From: Salinispira sp.
GTDB lineage: Bacteria; Spirochaetota; Spirochaetia; DSM-27196; Salinispiraceae
Length of the DNA stretch: 64,000 bases
Assembly: GCA_965602015.1 (NCBI GenBank)
Contig: OZ271918.1
Coordinates: 384,001 to 448,000 of the forward strand
Direction of reading: 5' to 3'
Shown: positions 8,818 through 18,933 of the stretch, piece after piece
Layout: each line of letters begins with the position of its first letter
Position numbering within the stretch: position 1 is the stretch's first letter
Program-made: the position numbers and the translations under genes
The notes under the pieces: generated by a model
Databases searched by the model: none
The model's input: the letters and a program-made list of their open reading frames with translations, nothing else
What the model was told of the DNA's origin: nothing

Positions 8818-11800
8818 ATGTTTAATCGAAATACCGAAATTACGCGGACCGAGGTTGGTACATCCCGAGGCACGGTGATGGAATTGCCGAACCTTGTGGA
8901 TATCCAGCTCTCTTCTTACGAGAAATTTCTCCAGAGAGAATGGATGAAGCAGGGCAATGCTCCAAATCTGCAGGGCCTGGAAGAGGTGTTCCAAACCATC
9001 TTTCCCATCGAGAGCCAGGCGGGGGACATGGTCCTCGAGTATGACCATTATACCCTCGATGAAGAGAATATCAAGTTTTCCGAGGCCGAATGCAAGGCCA
9101 AGGGACACACATACGCAGTACCTATCAAAGCGAAAATAAACCTGCTGTTCACCGAGACTGGTGAAATCCGGCAGAAAGATATATACATGGGCGACATCCC
9201 CATCATGACCGACCGGGGCACCTTTATTTACAACGGCGCCGAACGGGTGGTGGTCAGCCAGATACACCGGAGTCCAGGGGTTATTTTTTCCCACGAAAAG
9301 GGCGTCTACAGCTCCAGAATTATTCCCTACCGCGGTTCCTGGCTTGAGTTTGAAATCGATCAGAAAAAAGAGCTCATTTACGCCAAAATCGACCGGAAGA
9401 AACGGATTCTCGGCACCCTGTTCCTCAGGGCCCTGGGTTACGACACCCGGGAAAAAATCATCGATCTGTTTTACAAGCTGACCACCGTAAAGATCGAAGA
9501 CACCGCCGAGCTTCGGGAAAACCTGCGCGGTCGGGTTCTAGGACGGGCGGTTTTTATCAAAGACGGCGAGGAAGAGAAGAAGCTCTACAAAGCCGGTGAA
9601 AAAATACATCCCCATGACGTGGATGAGCTCATTCACTCGGCCGTGGAATCTATTGAAATAATTGACGACAGCAACTCCGAGAGCCTGCACAGCGATATAA
9701 TCCTCAACTGTTTCGAACGGGAGGAAAGCAAGCACACCAAGGAGGAGGGGCTAGACGAGCCCAGCCACGAGGCTGCCCTCTCTGCGGTTTATGCGGTCAT
9801 CATGCCCGGCGAACCCATCACCCTGGAAAGCGCTGAAAAAGACTTTAATTCGATGTTCTTTACTTCCCGCCGCTACGATTTGGGAAGGGTGGGGCGATAC
9901 AAGCTGAACAAGAAATTTGACTACGAGGACGCTCCCGAGGAGCACATCCTTACAAAAGATGACATCGTCAACACCATGGGTTATCTGATTCGGGTATACA
10001 TCGGCGAATCCAATGTTGACGACATCGACCACTTGGGCAACCGCCGGGTACGTTCGGTCGGCGAACTGCTGGCGAATCAGCTCAAAACCGCTTTCAGCCG
10101 GATGGAGCGCATTGCCAAGGAGCGGATGAGCCTCAAGGAAGTCGAGACCATCAAGCCTCAGGACCTTATTTCGATCAAGCCCGTAGTTGCGGCAATCAAA
10201 GAGTTTTTCGGCTCGAGCCAGCTCTCGCAGTTCATGGACCAGGTCAACCCCCTTTCGGAACTCACGCACAAAAGGCGGCTCAACGCCTTGGGTCCCGGCG
10301 GTTTGAGCCGGGACAGGGCGGGTTTCGAGGTTCGGGACGTTCACTACACCCATTACGGTCGAATGTGTCCCATCGAAACCCCTGAAGGTCCGAATATCGG
10401 CCTTATCGTTTCACTGGCGGGATACACCCAGGTGAACGACTACGGTTTTCTCGAAACTCCTTACCGAAAGGTTTCAAAAGGGAAGGTGACCGACGAGATT
10501 GAGTATCTGTCGGCCATGGATGAAGAAAAGTACTTTATCGCCCAGGCTAACGCCAATATCGACGACAAGGGCAAGTTCCTCGACGAACAGGTATCGGTAC
10601 GGAAGCAGGGGGATTACACCACCCGGCCGCCGGAGGACATTCACTACATGGACGTTTCTCCCAAGCAGGTTATTTCGGTTTCTTCCGCCCTTATTCCATT
10701 CCTGGAGCACGACGACGCGAACCGGGCCCTCATGGGCTCGAACATGCAGCGCCAGGCAGTGCCCCTGGTCAGCCCCGAACCTCCCCGTGTCGGAACCGGC
10801 ATGGAGGGCAAGACCGCATACGATTCGGGAGTTTTGGTCAAGGCGAAGCGGGCAGGTACGGTCACCCACGTAACCAACTCACGGATCGAAATCACCCCGA
10901 CCAAGGCGGCATTCGATGGCGATGTGGACGTGTACGAGCTTATCAAGTATCAGAGAACCAACCAGGATACCTGCTATGTTCAAAAGCCAATGGTTTCCTA
11001 CAAGCAAAAGGTAAAAGCCGGCGATGCCATTGCCGACGGTCCCTCCACATTCAAGGGCGAGCTTGCCCTGGGCCGAAACGTTCTGGTGGGATTCGTTCCC
11101 TGGAACGGATACAACTATGAAGATGCCATGCTGATCAGTGAAAAGCTGGTCAAGGAAGATATTTTTACATCGATTCACATCAAGGAATTCACCATCGAGG
11201 TGAGGGAAACCAAGCTGGGACCGGAGAAAATCACCCGTGACATTCCCAATACCAGCGAAAAAGCCCTGGACCAGCTCGATGAAGAGGGGATCGTTCGGGT
11301 CGGCGCCAAGGTCGGTTCCGGTTACATTCTCGTTGGAAAGGTAACCCCCAAGAGCGAAACCGAGACGACGCCGGAATTCAAACTGCTCAACTCCATCTTT
11401 GGCGAGAAGGCGAAGGAAGTCCGGGACACCTCCCTCAGGGTCCCCCACGGTGTCGAGGGAACCGTCATTGATGTACAGCGCCTGCGGCGCAGCGAGGGAG
11501 ACGACCTTTCCCCCGGCGTCGAAGAAGTGGTCAAGGTTTTAATCGCCACCAAGAAGAAACTTCAGGAAGGCGACAAAATGGCCGGCCGGCACGGTAACAA
11601 GGGAATAATCGCCCGGGTTCTGCCCGAGGAAGACATGCCCTTCATGGCCGACGGTACGCCCCTTGAGCTTTGCCTCAACCCCCTTGGCGTACCGAGCCGA
11701 ATGAACATCGGTCAGCTTTTGGAAACCATGCTCGGCTGGGCGGCAGTTGCCAATGAAGAGTGGTACACCACGCCGGTTTTCCAGTCGGCCACCGGCCAGG

Positions 11801-12315
11801 AAATCCGCGATGCCCTCGAAAAGGGCGGCAAACCCGGAAGCTCCAAGATCACCCTGCATGACGGCCGCACAGGGCGGCCCTTTGAGAACGAGGTTATGGT
11901 CGGCTATATGTACGTCATAAAGCTCCACCACCTTGTCACCGACAAGATGCACGCCCGTTCCACCGGCCCTTACTCGCTGGTTACTCAGCAGCCCTTGGGC
12001 GGTAAGGCGCAGTTCGGCGGTCAGCGTCTTGGTGAGATGGAAGTGTGGGCTCTTGAAGCCTACGGAGCGGCGAATACCCTCCAGGAGCTGTTGACCATCA
12101 AGTCCGACGACATGAACGGCCGGGCGAAGATTTACGAGAGTATAGTAAAAGGCGAACCGGGAACCACTGCCGGCGTGCCGGAATCATTTAATGTTTTGGT
12201 GCAGGAACTGCGGGGTCTGGCCCTGGACGTGTCGATTTATGACTCGAAAGGCAAGCAGATTCCCCTCACCGAGCGGGACGAAGAACTGATTAACCGTCAG
12301 GGCAGCAATTTCTAA
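8818..12315 (+). CDS. rpoB: RNA polymerase beta subunit
   Basis: [31 protein letters not shown] and [16 protein letters not shown] motifs. Confidence 0.99.
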   Translation: MFNRNTEITRTEVGTSRGTVMELPNLVDIQLSSYEKFLQREWMKQGNAPNLQGLEEVFQTIFPIESQAGDMVLEYDHYTLDEENIKFSEAECKAKGHTYAVPIKAKINLLFTETGEIRQKDIYMGDIPIMTDRGTFIYNGAERVVVSQIHRSPGVIFSHEKGVYSSRIIPYRGSWLEFEIDQKKELIYAKIDRKKRILGTLFLRALGYDTREKIIDLFYKLTTVKIEDTAELRENLRGRVLGRAVFIKDGEEEKKLYKAGEKIHPHDVDELIHSAVESIEIIDDSNSESLHSDIILNCFEREESKHTKEEGLDEPSHEAALSAVYAVIMPGEPITLESAEKDFNSMFFTSRRYDLGRVGRYKLNKKFDYEDAPEEHILTKDDIVNTMGYLIRVYIGESNVDDIDHLGNRRVRSVGELLANQLKTAFSRMERIAKERMSLKEVETIKPQDLISIKPVVAAIKEFFGSSQLSQFMDQVNPLSELTHKRRLNALGPGGLSRDRAGFEVRDVHYTHYGRMCPIETPEGPNIGLIVSLAGYTQVNDYGFLETPYRKVSKGKVTDEIEYLSAMDEEKYFIAQANANIDDKGKFLDEQVSVRKQGDYTTRPPEDIHYMDVSPKQVISVSSALIPFLEHDDANRALMGSNMQRQAVPLVSPEPPRVGTGMEGKTAYDSGVLVKAKRAGTVTHVTNSRIEITPTKAAFDGDVDVYELIKYQRTNQDTCYVQKPMVSYKQKVKAGDAIADGPSTFKGELALGRNVLVGFVPWNGYNYEDAMLISEKLVKEDIFTSIHIKEFTIEVRETKLGPEKITRDIPNTSEKALDQLDEEGIVRVGAKVGSGYILVGKVTPKSETETTPEFKLLNSIFGEKAKEVRDTSLRVPHGVEGTVIDVQRLRRSEGDDLSPGVEEVVKVLIATKKKLQEGDKMAGRHGNKGIIARVLPEEDMPFMADGTPLELCLNPLGVPSRMNIGQLLETMLGWAAVANEEWYTTPVFQSATGQEIRDALEKGGKPGSSKITLHDGRTGRPFENEVMVGYMYVIKLHHLVTDKMHARSTGPYSLVTQQPLGGKAQFGGQRLGEMEVWALEAYGAANTLQELLTIKSDDMNGRAKIYESIVKGEPGTTAGVPESFNVLVQELRGLALDVSIYDSKGKQIPLTERDEELINRQGSNF

Positions 12316-12327
12316 GGAAGGGACATA

Positions 12328-15300
12328 GTGCGAGAGATACAAGATTTCGACAATATTATGATCAAGCTCGCGTCGCCGGACCAGGTCCGGGCGTGGAGCT
12401 ATGGTGAAGTAAAAAAGCCCGAAACCATCAACTACCGGACCCTCCGCCCGGAAAAAGACGGTCTGTTCTGCGAGCGCATTTTTGGTACAACCAAGGAATG
12501 GGAGTGCTATTGCGGCAAGTTCAAAAGCATTCGCTACAAGGGCGTGATCTGCGACCGCTGCGGTGTTGAAGTGACCCACCCGAAGGTCCGCCGGGAGCGA
12601 ATGGGCCACATCGAGTTGGCCAGTCCGGTAAGCCACATCTGGTATTACCGCTCGGTGCCCAGCCGCATGGGCCTTCTTCTCGACCTCACGGTAGCCGCAC
12701 TGCGCTCCATCCTCTATTACGAAAAATATATCGTTATAGAATCCGGCGATACCGACCTAAAAAAAATGGATCTGCTCACCGAAGAAGAGTACGCCGAGGC
12801 GAAAGAGCGCTACGGCATGAGCTTTTCTGCGGGAATCGGCGCCGAGGCCATTCGCAACCTGCTTGAAACCCTCGATCTGGACGGCCTGAGTGCAGAACTC
12901 CGGGCGACCATGATCGAAAAAGGTGAGAAGGCCGATAAGCGCCTGTTGAAACGGATTGAAATCGTTGAAAACTTCCGGGACAGCAAAAACGAAGCCGCCT
13001 GGATGATCCTCGATGTCATTCCCGTCATTCCCCCCGAGCTGCGTCCCATGGTTCAGCTGGACGGTGGACGCTTCGCCACCAGCGACCTGAACGATCTTTA
13101 CCGCCGTGTTATCAACCGGAACAACCGGCTCAAGCGGCTTATGAACCTCAATGCACCCGACATCATCATCCGTAATGAAAAGCGGATGCTCCAGGAAGCT
13201 GTCGACGCCCTCTTCGACAACAGCAAGAAGAAGCGGGTTGTAAAAGGCGCCAGCAACCGTCCCCTCAAGTCTCTGTCTGATATGCTCAAGGGTAAGCAGG
13301 GCCGTTTCCGTCAAAACCTTCTCGGAAGGCGGGTCGACTATTCCGGCCGTTCGGTAATCGTCGTCGGTCCGAATCTCAAGCTTCACCAGTGCGGACTGCC
13401 CACGAAAATGGCTCTTGAACTGTACAAGCCCTTTATTATGAAGAAACTCGTCGAAAAAGACGTGGTATACAATATCAAACGGGCTAAAACCCTCGTTGAA
13501 CAGGAAACCCCCGAGGTGTGGGCGGTTCTCGATGAGGTTGTCAAAGAGCATCCTGTGCTTCTCAACCGTGCGCCGACCCTCCACCGCCTGGGTATCCAGG
13601 CATTCGAGCCGGTGCTCGTAGACTCAAAAGCCATCAAGCTTCACCCCCTGGTTTGTCATGCCTACAACGCCGACTTCGACGGCGACCAGATGGCGGTTCA
13701 CGTGCCCCTTACCCAGGCTGCTCAGATCGAGTGCTGGACCCTTATGCTCTCCGCCCGAAACCTTCTCAACCCGGCGAATGGAAAGCCTATCGTCTTTCCG
13801 TCCCAGGATATGGTTCTCGGCATCAACTACATGACCCGCCACCAGGAGAACGGCAGAGGCCACGGCAAGCGCTATTCGGGTTTCGACGAAGTTATCTACG
13901 CCATCGAGAATATGGACCTAGGCTACCAGACTCTTATTAAGGTGCCGGTTCACAAGGCGCCGCATAACGGCGAGCTGGTTGAAACCACCGCGGGCCGCCT
14001 GATTCTCAATGACTCCATGCCCGAGGAAATTGAGTACGTAAACTACGCAATGGGAGACAAGGAGCTGCGGGCCTTAATTGCCCGGGTCTATTCCAAGCAC
14101 GGTCCTTACCTCACCGTTCAGATGCTCGACTCAATCAAGGATATGGGTTTTCGCTATGCGACCCTCTTCGGCGCAACCATCGGCGTCGATGACATCATCA
14201 TTCCAGAAGTAAAGCCCGAAATGATCGACAGGGCGAATACCGATGTCATCAACATCCAGAATCAGTACCTCCAGGGTCACATCACCAATGAAGAGCGCTA
14301 CAACCGGGTCGTCGAAGTATGGTCAAAGACCAACGAAGAATTGACCAATGAAATGATGAACAAGCTGCAGAACGACCGGGAGGGATTTAATCCGGTCTAC
14401 ATGATGGCGAACTCCGGAGCCCGGGGTAGCCGTTCTCAGATCCGTCAGCTGGCCGGTATGCGCGGTCTTATGGCGAAGCCCAATGGCGACATTATTGAAC
14501 TGCCCATTCGATCGAACTTCAAGGAAGGTCTCTCGATTATCGAGTTCTTTATCTCCACCAACGGTGCCCGTAAGGGTCTGGCGGACACGGCGCTTAAGAC
14601 CGCCGACGCCGGATACCTCACCCGCCGACTCGTGGATATCGCCCAGGACGTGGTGGTTAACGAAGAAGACTGCGGAACCATCAACGGTATCGAGTACAGC
14701 GCCATCAAGGACGGCGAGGAGATCGTCGAAACCCTGGCCGAGCGTATCATCGGGCGTTTCACCATTGAGCGGGTGAAGCATCCCATCAGCGGTGAGATAC
14801 TCGTCGATGTAAATGAAGAAATTACCGAAGAAATCGCCGAAGCCATTGAGGAAGCGGGTATAGAACAGGTGCGAATCCGAACGGTACTCACCTGCGAGTC
14901 TAAGCACGGAGTATGTAAGAAGTGCTACGGCCGCAACCTCGCCACCAACCGCACGGTTGAAATCGGCGAGGCCGTCGGAATCATCGCTGCCCAGAGTATC
15001 GGTCAGCCCGGAACCCAGCTGACCATGCGTACCTTCCACATCGGGGGCGCGGCAACCAAGACCAGCGAGGAAAACCGGACCTTCCTCCATTATCCGGTGA
15101 TGATAAACAGCATCCACGGAAACACGGTAACCCTGAAAAACGGCGATCGGCTGTTCACCCGAAAAGGTTTTATTATGGCCAGCAAGGTGCTTGAGACCAT
15201 CGAGCTCGGGAAGAACACCAAACTCCTGGTTGAGGAGGGCGATAAAATCGTCAAGGGCCAAGACATAGTGCAAAACGGCAAAACCGCCGAGCAGGCCAAG

Positions 15301-16575
15301 GAAAACGCCTATGCGGTTATTGTCGATAAGAAGCTGTATCTCGTCGCTCAGGAACAAAAAATTGAAATTAGAAACGGCGCGGACCTCTTGGTCAAGGAAG
15401 GGGAGATAGTTCCCGCAGAGGAATCCATTGCGACCTTCGACCCCTTCTCCGAGCCAATCCTGGCGGAATTCGACGGTACGGTGTTTTTCGAAGACATCGA
15501 CAAGTCCACTCTGAAGGAAGAGGTAAACGAAGACACGGGGAATATCGAAAAGAAGATTACCGAGCTTACCACCGAGAGTCTCCAGCCTCGCATCATCATA
15601 AAAGATGACGCCGGCGAAGAACTTGCCAGCTACTATCTGCCCGGTGGTTCATACCTCAATGTGGAGAACGGCGACAAGGTGGAAGCCGGACGTTCACTTG
15701 CTAAAATCCTGAAGGAATCGGTGAAAACCCGGGATATTACCGGTGGTCTTCCCCGGGTCGGAGAACTCTTCGAAGCCCGGAAGCCCAAGGTGCCCGCGGT
15801 TCTGGCGAAGGTCAGCGGAACGGTGTTCTTCGAGGGAATCGTGAAGTCCAAGCGGGTAATTATGGTTGAGGACAGCTTCGGCCAGCGCCTCAAGCACCTG
15901 GTGCCCATGGGCCGCCACCTGCTCATCCGCGAAGGCGACCTGGTTGAAGCCGGCGAACCGATTTGTGACGGTGCGGTTGACCCCCATGACATCCTGCAGA
16001 TTCTTGGCGAAAACGCACTCCAGCGCTTTTTGGTGAATGAGGTTCAGGAAGTCTATCGCCTCCAGGGTGTAGATATCAACGACAAGCACATTGGCGTAAT
16101 CATTCGTCAGATGATGCGGAAGGTCGAAATCATCAAGGTCGGGGACACCAATTTTATCTACGGTCAGCAGGTCGATAAATACAAGTTCTCTGAAGAAAAC
16201 CGAAAGGTCGAAAAAGAGGGTGGCCAGCCCGCCGTGGCCCGTCCGCTCCTGTTGGGAATTACCCGGGCGAGCTTGAACATCGACAGCTTTATTTCTGCGG
16301 CGTCCTTCCAGGAAACCACCAGAGTCCTAACCAATGCGGCTATCGCCGGGTCGGTCGACGGTCTGCGAGGTCTTAAGGAAAACGTGATTATCGGTCACCT
16401 GATTCCCGCTGGTACCGGTATGCGGGGGTACAATAAAATCAAGCTCTTCGATGAAAACCGCTCCGACCTCGACGCCCACGTACAGCAGATCCTGGAGATC
16501 CGCGAGAAGGAAAAGGCGGCAATCGCCGCCGCCGGCGGAGAAGAGGATCAGGGCCCCGGAGGGGACCAGGCCTAG
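12328..16575 (+). CDS. rpoC: RNA polymerase beta' subunit
   Basis: Zinc-finger Cys residues, NADFDGD catalytic motif, [11 protein letters not shown] start. Confidence 0.99.
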   Translation: MREIQDFDNIMIKLASPDQVRAWSYGEVKKPETINYRTLRPEKDGLFCERIFGTTKEWECYCGKFKSIRYKGVICDRCGVEVTHPKVRRERMGHIELASPVSHIWYYRSVPSRMGLLLDLTVAALRSILYYEKYIVIESGDTDLKKMDLLTEEEYAEAKERYGMSFSAGIGAEAIRNLLETLDLDGLSAELRATMIEKGEKADKRLLKRIEIVENFRDSKNEAAWMILDVIPVIPPELRPMVQLDGGRFATSDLNDLYRRVINRNNRLKRLMNLNAPDIIIRNEKRMLQEAVDALFDNSKKKRVVKGASNRPLKSLSDMLKGKQGRFRQNLLGRRVDYSGRSVIVVGPNLKLHQCGLPTKMALELYKPFIMKKLVEKDVVYNIKRAKTLVEQETPEVWAVLDEVVKEHPVLLNRAPTLHRLGIQAFEPVLVDSKAIKLHPLVCHAYNADFDGDQMAVHVPLTQAAQIECWTLMLSARNLLNPANGKPIVFPSQDMVLGINYMTRHQENGRGHGKRYSGFDEVIYAIENMDLGYQTLIKVPVHKAPHNGELVETTAGRLILNDSMPEEIEYVNYAMGDKELRALIARVYSKHGPYLTVQMLDSIKDMGFRYATLFGATIGVDDIIIPEVKPEMIDRANTDVINIQNQYLQGHITNEERYNRVVEVWSKTNEELTNEMMNKLQNDREGFNPVYMMANSGARGSRSQIRQLAGMRGLMAKPNGDIIELPIRSNFKEGLSIIEFFISTNGARKGLADTALKTADAGYLTRRLVDIAQDVVVNEEDCGTINGIEYSAIKDGEEIVETLAERIIGRFTIERVKHPISGEILVDVNEEITEEIAEAIEEAGIEQVRIRTVLTCESKHGVCKKCYGRNLATNRTVEIGEAVGIIAAQSIGQPGTQLTMRTFHIGGAATKTSEENRTFLHYPVMINSIHGNTVTLKNGDRLFTRKGFIMASKVLETIELGKNTKLLVEEGDKIVKGQDIVQNGKTAEQAKENAYAVIVDKKLYLVAQEQKIEIRNGADLLVKEGEIVPAEESIATFDPFSEPILAEFDGTVFFEDIDKSTLKEEVNEDTGNIEKKITELTTESLQPRIIIKDDAGEELASYYLPGGSYLNVENGDKVEAGRSLAKILKESVKTRDITGGLPRVGELFEARKPKVPAVLAKVSGTVFFEGIVKSKRVIMVEDSFGQRLKHLVPMGRHLLIREGDLVEAGEPICDGAVDPHDILQILGENALQRFLVNEVQEVYRLQGVDINDKHIGVIIRQMMRKVEIIKVGDTNFIYGQQVDKYKFSEENRKVEKEGGQPAVARPLLLGITRASLNIDSFISAASFQETTRVLTNAAIAGSVDGLRGLKENVIIGHLIPAGTGMRGYNKIKLFDENRSDLDAHVQQILEIREKEKAAIAAAGGEEDQGPGGDQA

Positions 16576-16603
16576 GAATTACTTCGGCATAGACCTGATG
16601 TAC

Positions 16604-16635
16604 AGCGGCCCGGGCAACCGGCGCCGCTTTTTTTT
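16604..16635 (+). terminator. Intrinsic terminator after rpoC
   Basis: AGCGGC-CCGG-GCAA-CCGG-C-GCCGCT stem followed by a long T run. Confidence 0.85.
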
Positions 16636-16643
16636 ATATTTTT

Positions 16644-16691
16644 CAGTGCCCCCAAAACAGCTGATTTAAATCAGCTGTTTTGGGGGCACTG
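16644..16691. repeat. 48-bp perfect palindrome, member of the repeat family also at 26263 and 45437
   Basis: CAGTGCCCCCAAAACAGCTGATTT|AAATCAGCTGTTTTGGGGGCACTG: 24-bp arms, no spacer. Confidence 0.95.
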
Positions 16692-16717
16692 GCTTTTTAT
16701 TTGTGTATAATTCGCGT

Positions 16718-17716
16718 ATGGAATATCGAAATCTAGGAACCACCGGGATACAGATTTCTGCTCTCTGCTTCGGAACCATGAGCTTCGGCGGCGATGCCGA
16801 CAGGCAAGAGTCGGAGAAAATGTTTGGTGCTTGTCTGGATGCGGGAATCAACGCCTTTGACTGCGCCAATGTATATCAGAACGGAGTTTCGGAAGAGCTG
16901 CTCGGTGACTTTATGAAGGGTAGACGGCGGGATCTTGTGATCACCAGCAAGGCGTACTTTCCCATGGGCGACGGCGTTAATGACCGAGGAGCATCCCGGC
17001 GTAATATACGCCTGTCGATTGCGGACAGTTTTCGCCGACTCAAAACCGACTTTATCGATATCTACTTCATTCATAAATTCGACGAAGCCTGTGATTTGAC
17101 AGAAACCCTTGAAACCCTTAGCGACATTGTGCGGGAAGGCAAGTCCCTGTATATCGGGTTGAGTAATTTTGCCGCCTGGCAGGTCAGTAAGGCAATGGGC
17201 ATAGCTGCACTGAGGAACCTGATTCCGCCACATGTCATTCAACCCATGTACAGCCTGGTGAAGCGGCAGGCAGAGGTTGAACTATTGCCCATGGCGGTCA
17301 GCGAAGGTCTGGGTGTCCTGTCGTACAGCCCGCTGGGCGGTGGCCTGTTGACGGGCAAATTCAGCTCCGAGGATCGTCCTGCGGGAACCCGCATTGCCAG
17401 CAATAAAATGTATGGGCTTCGCTATGGTGATGAAAGTTATTATCGCAGGGCCGGCGAGTTCACCTCCTTCGCCGGGGAACTTGGCGTTCATCCCGCGACT
17501 CTTGCGGTTGCCTGGGCCAAAAGCCGGCCCGGCGTCACCGCGCCGATTATTGGCGCGAGAAACCTAACGCAGCTCAGGGATTCCCTGGCGGCAGCTGACT
17601 ATGTGGTGGACGGCGCTGTAGGCCAGCGCCTTGACAGCATCTGTCCGCCGCCCCCGCCGGCTACCGACCGGAGCGAAGAGCATGGCGGATTCGGTTACGA
17701 AAAGATGCTCAAATAG
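16718..17716 (+). CDS. Aldo/keto reductase
   Basis: LCFGTMSFG, FDCANVY, YIGLSN, SYSPLGGGLLTGK and PIIGAR motifs. Confidence 0.93.
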   Translation: MEYRNLGTTGIQISALCFGTMSFGGDADRQESEKMFGACLDAGINAFDCANVYQNGVSEELLGDFMKGRRRDLVITSKAYFPMGDGVNDRGASRRNIRLSIADSFRRLKTDFIDIYFIHKFDEACDLTETLETLSDIVREGKSLYIGLSNFAAWQVSKAMGIAALRNLIPPHVIQPMYSLVKRQAEVELLPMAVSEGLGVLSYSPLGGGLLTGKFSSEDRPAGTRIASNKMYGLRYGDESYYRRAGEFTSFAGELGVHPATLAVAWAKSRPGVTAPIIGARNLTQLRDSLAAADYVVDGAVGQRLDSICPPPPPATDRSEEHGGFGYEKMLK

Positions 17717-17779
17717 CTTCGCTGGTCATTTGTGGAAAAATGGTGATTACGCCGCAGATGCCCTGCGAAATGACATCAC

Positions 17780-17809
17780 TTGACGCAGGTAAGGTGCAAA
17801 TGCTATTGT
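17780..17809 (+). promoter_or_regulatory. Sigma70 promoter for rpsL-rpsG
   Basis: TTGACG, 18 bp, TATTGT with a TGn extension. Confidence 0.55.
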
Positions 17810-17993
17810 ACCGGACCGCTACTGCTTTACCCACATCGATCTACACCAGCGGTTTTAATTTTAATCCGTCAGCCCTTCCGGCTTCCTATTGCAGGAGTCC
17901 ATGTGGTGAAGGGATTGAGTCTGACGGCCCACCGGGGTTCAAATGAGGCGTTGCCCGTTTCCCGGACAGGGAGCACAGAAGGAGTAAGCTCAA

Positions 17994-18368
17994 ATGCCTA
18001 CGATTAACCAGCTTATCCGTAAAGGGCGAAAGACCACAATAAAGAAGACCAAGTCTCCTGCATTGCAGTCCTGCCCCCAGAAGCGCGGGGTTTGTACCCG
18101 TGTTATGACCGTTACCCCCAAAAAGCCGAACTCGGCTCTCCGAAAGGTTGCCCGTGTGCGCCTGAGTAACGGTATCGAAGTTACCGCATATATTCCCGGT
18201 ATCGGCCACAACCTCCAGGAGCACTCCGTTGTTCTGATGCGGGGCGGCCGTGTAAAGGACCTTCCCGGTGTGCGTTACCACATCGTTCGTGGCGCCAAGG
18301 ACACCCTGGGTGTCGACGGCCGTCGCAAGGGCCGCTCCAAATACGGAGCCAAGAAGCCGAAGGCCTAG
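17994..18368 (+). CDS. rpsL: 30S ribosomal protein S12
   Basis: [18 protein letters not shown] and [10 protein letters not shown] motifs. Confidence 0.99.
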   Translation: MPTINQLIRKGRKTTIKKTKSPALQSCPQKRGVCTRVMTVTPKKPNSALRKVARVRLSNGIEVTAYIPGIGHNLQEHSVVLMRGGRVKDLPGVRYHIVRGAKDTLGVDGRRKGRSKYGAKKPKA

Positions 18369-18378
18369 GGGGAATACA

Positions 18379-18852
18379 ATGCCAAGAAGAAGAATCGCAC
18401 CGAAAAAACCCGTTCTGCCCGATACCCGCTATGGATCCACCGTTCTTACCAAGTTCATCAAGCGCATGATGCTCGACGGTAAGCGTTCGACCGCAACCAA
18501 GGTGATGTACAGCGCCATGGCTACCGTAGAGGCCAAGGTAAGCGACGCCAAGCCTGTGGAAGTATTTCTGAAGGCTCTGGAAAACGTGAAGCCCGTCATC
18601 GAGGTGAAAAGCCGCCGGGTCGGTGGTTCCACCTACCAGGTTCCCGTCGAAATCCGGGAAAGCCGCCGGGAAGCTCTGGCAATGCGTTGGATTATTGCAG
18701 CGGCCCGGGGCCGCAGCGGAAAGAGTATGGCCCAGAAGCTCAGCGCCGAGCTCGTTGACGCATACAACAATACCGGGTCAGCCTTTAAGAAGAAAGAAGA
18801 CACCCACCGGATGGCTGAAGCCAACAAGGCTTTTGCCCATTACCGCTGGTAG
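18379..18852 (+). CDS. rpsG: 30S ribosomal protein S7
   Basis: [20 protein letters not shown] and [13 protein letters not shown] motifs. Confidence 0.99.
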   Translation: MPRRRIAPKKPVLPDTRYGSTVLTKFIKRMMLDGKRSTATKVMYSAMATVEAKVSDAKPVEVFLKALENVKPVIEVKSRRVGGSTYQVPVEIRESRREALAMRWIIAAARGRSGKSMAQKLSAELVDAYNNTGSAFKKKEDTHRMAEANKAFAHYRW

Positions 18853-18899
18853 TTGATATGGCGCCGGTTACTCTGCCGGCCGAATATCACGGTAATAAT

Positions 18900-18933
18900 G
18901 CCCCCCTGCCGAATCGGTGGAGGGGCTTTTTTT
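18900..18933 (+). terminator. Intrinsic terminator after rpsG, between convergent genes
   Basis: GCCCCCCTGCCG-AAT-CGGTGGAGGGGC stem followed by a T run. Confidence 0.8.

Noticed and set aside
6374..16089. Long minus-strand ORFs opposite the ribosomal protein and rpo genes (e.g. 6374-7528, 14323-15357)
   Set aside because: Antisense shadows of conserved genes in GC-rich DNA, with no motifs. The same applies to similar shadows across the window.
16644..16691. Telomere-resolvase or dif-type site
   Set aside because: No Borrelia TAGTA box or XerC/D arms. Related copies elsewhere, one with flanking direct repeats, favour a repeat family.
18853..18931. Missing fusA/tuf after rpsG
   Set aside because: A split str operon is already known in spirochaetes.
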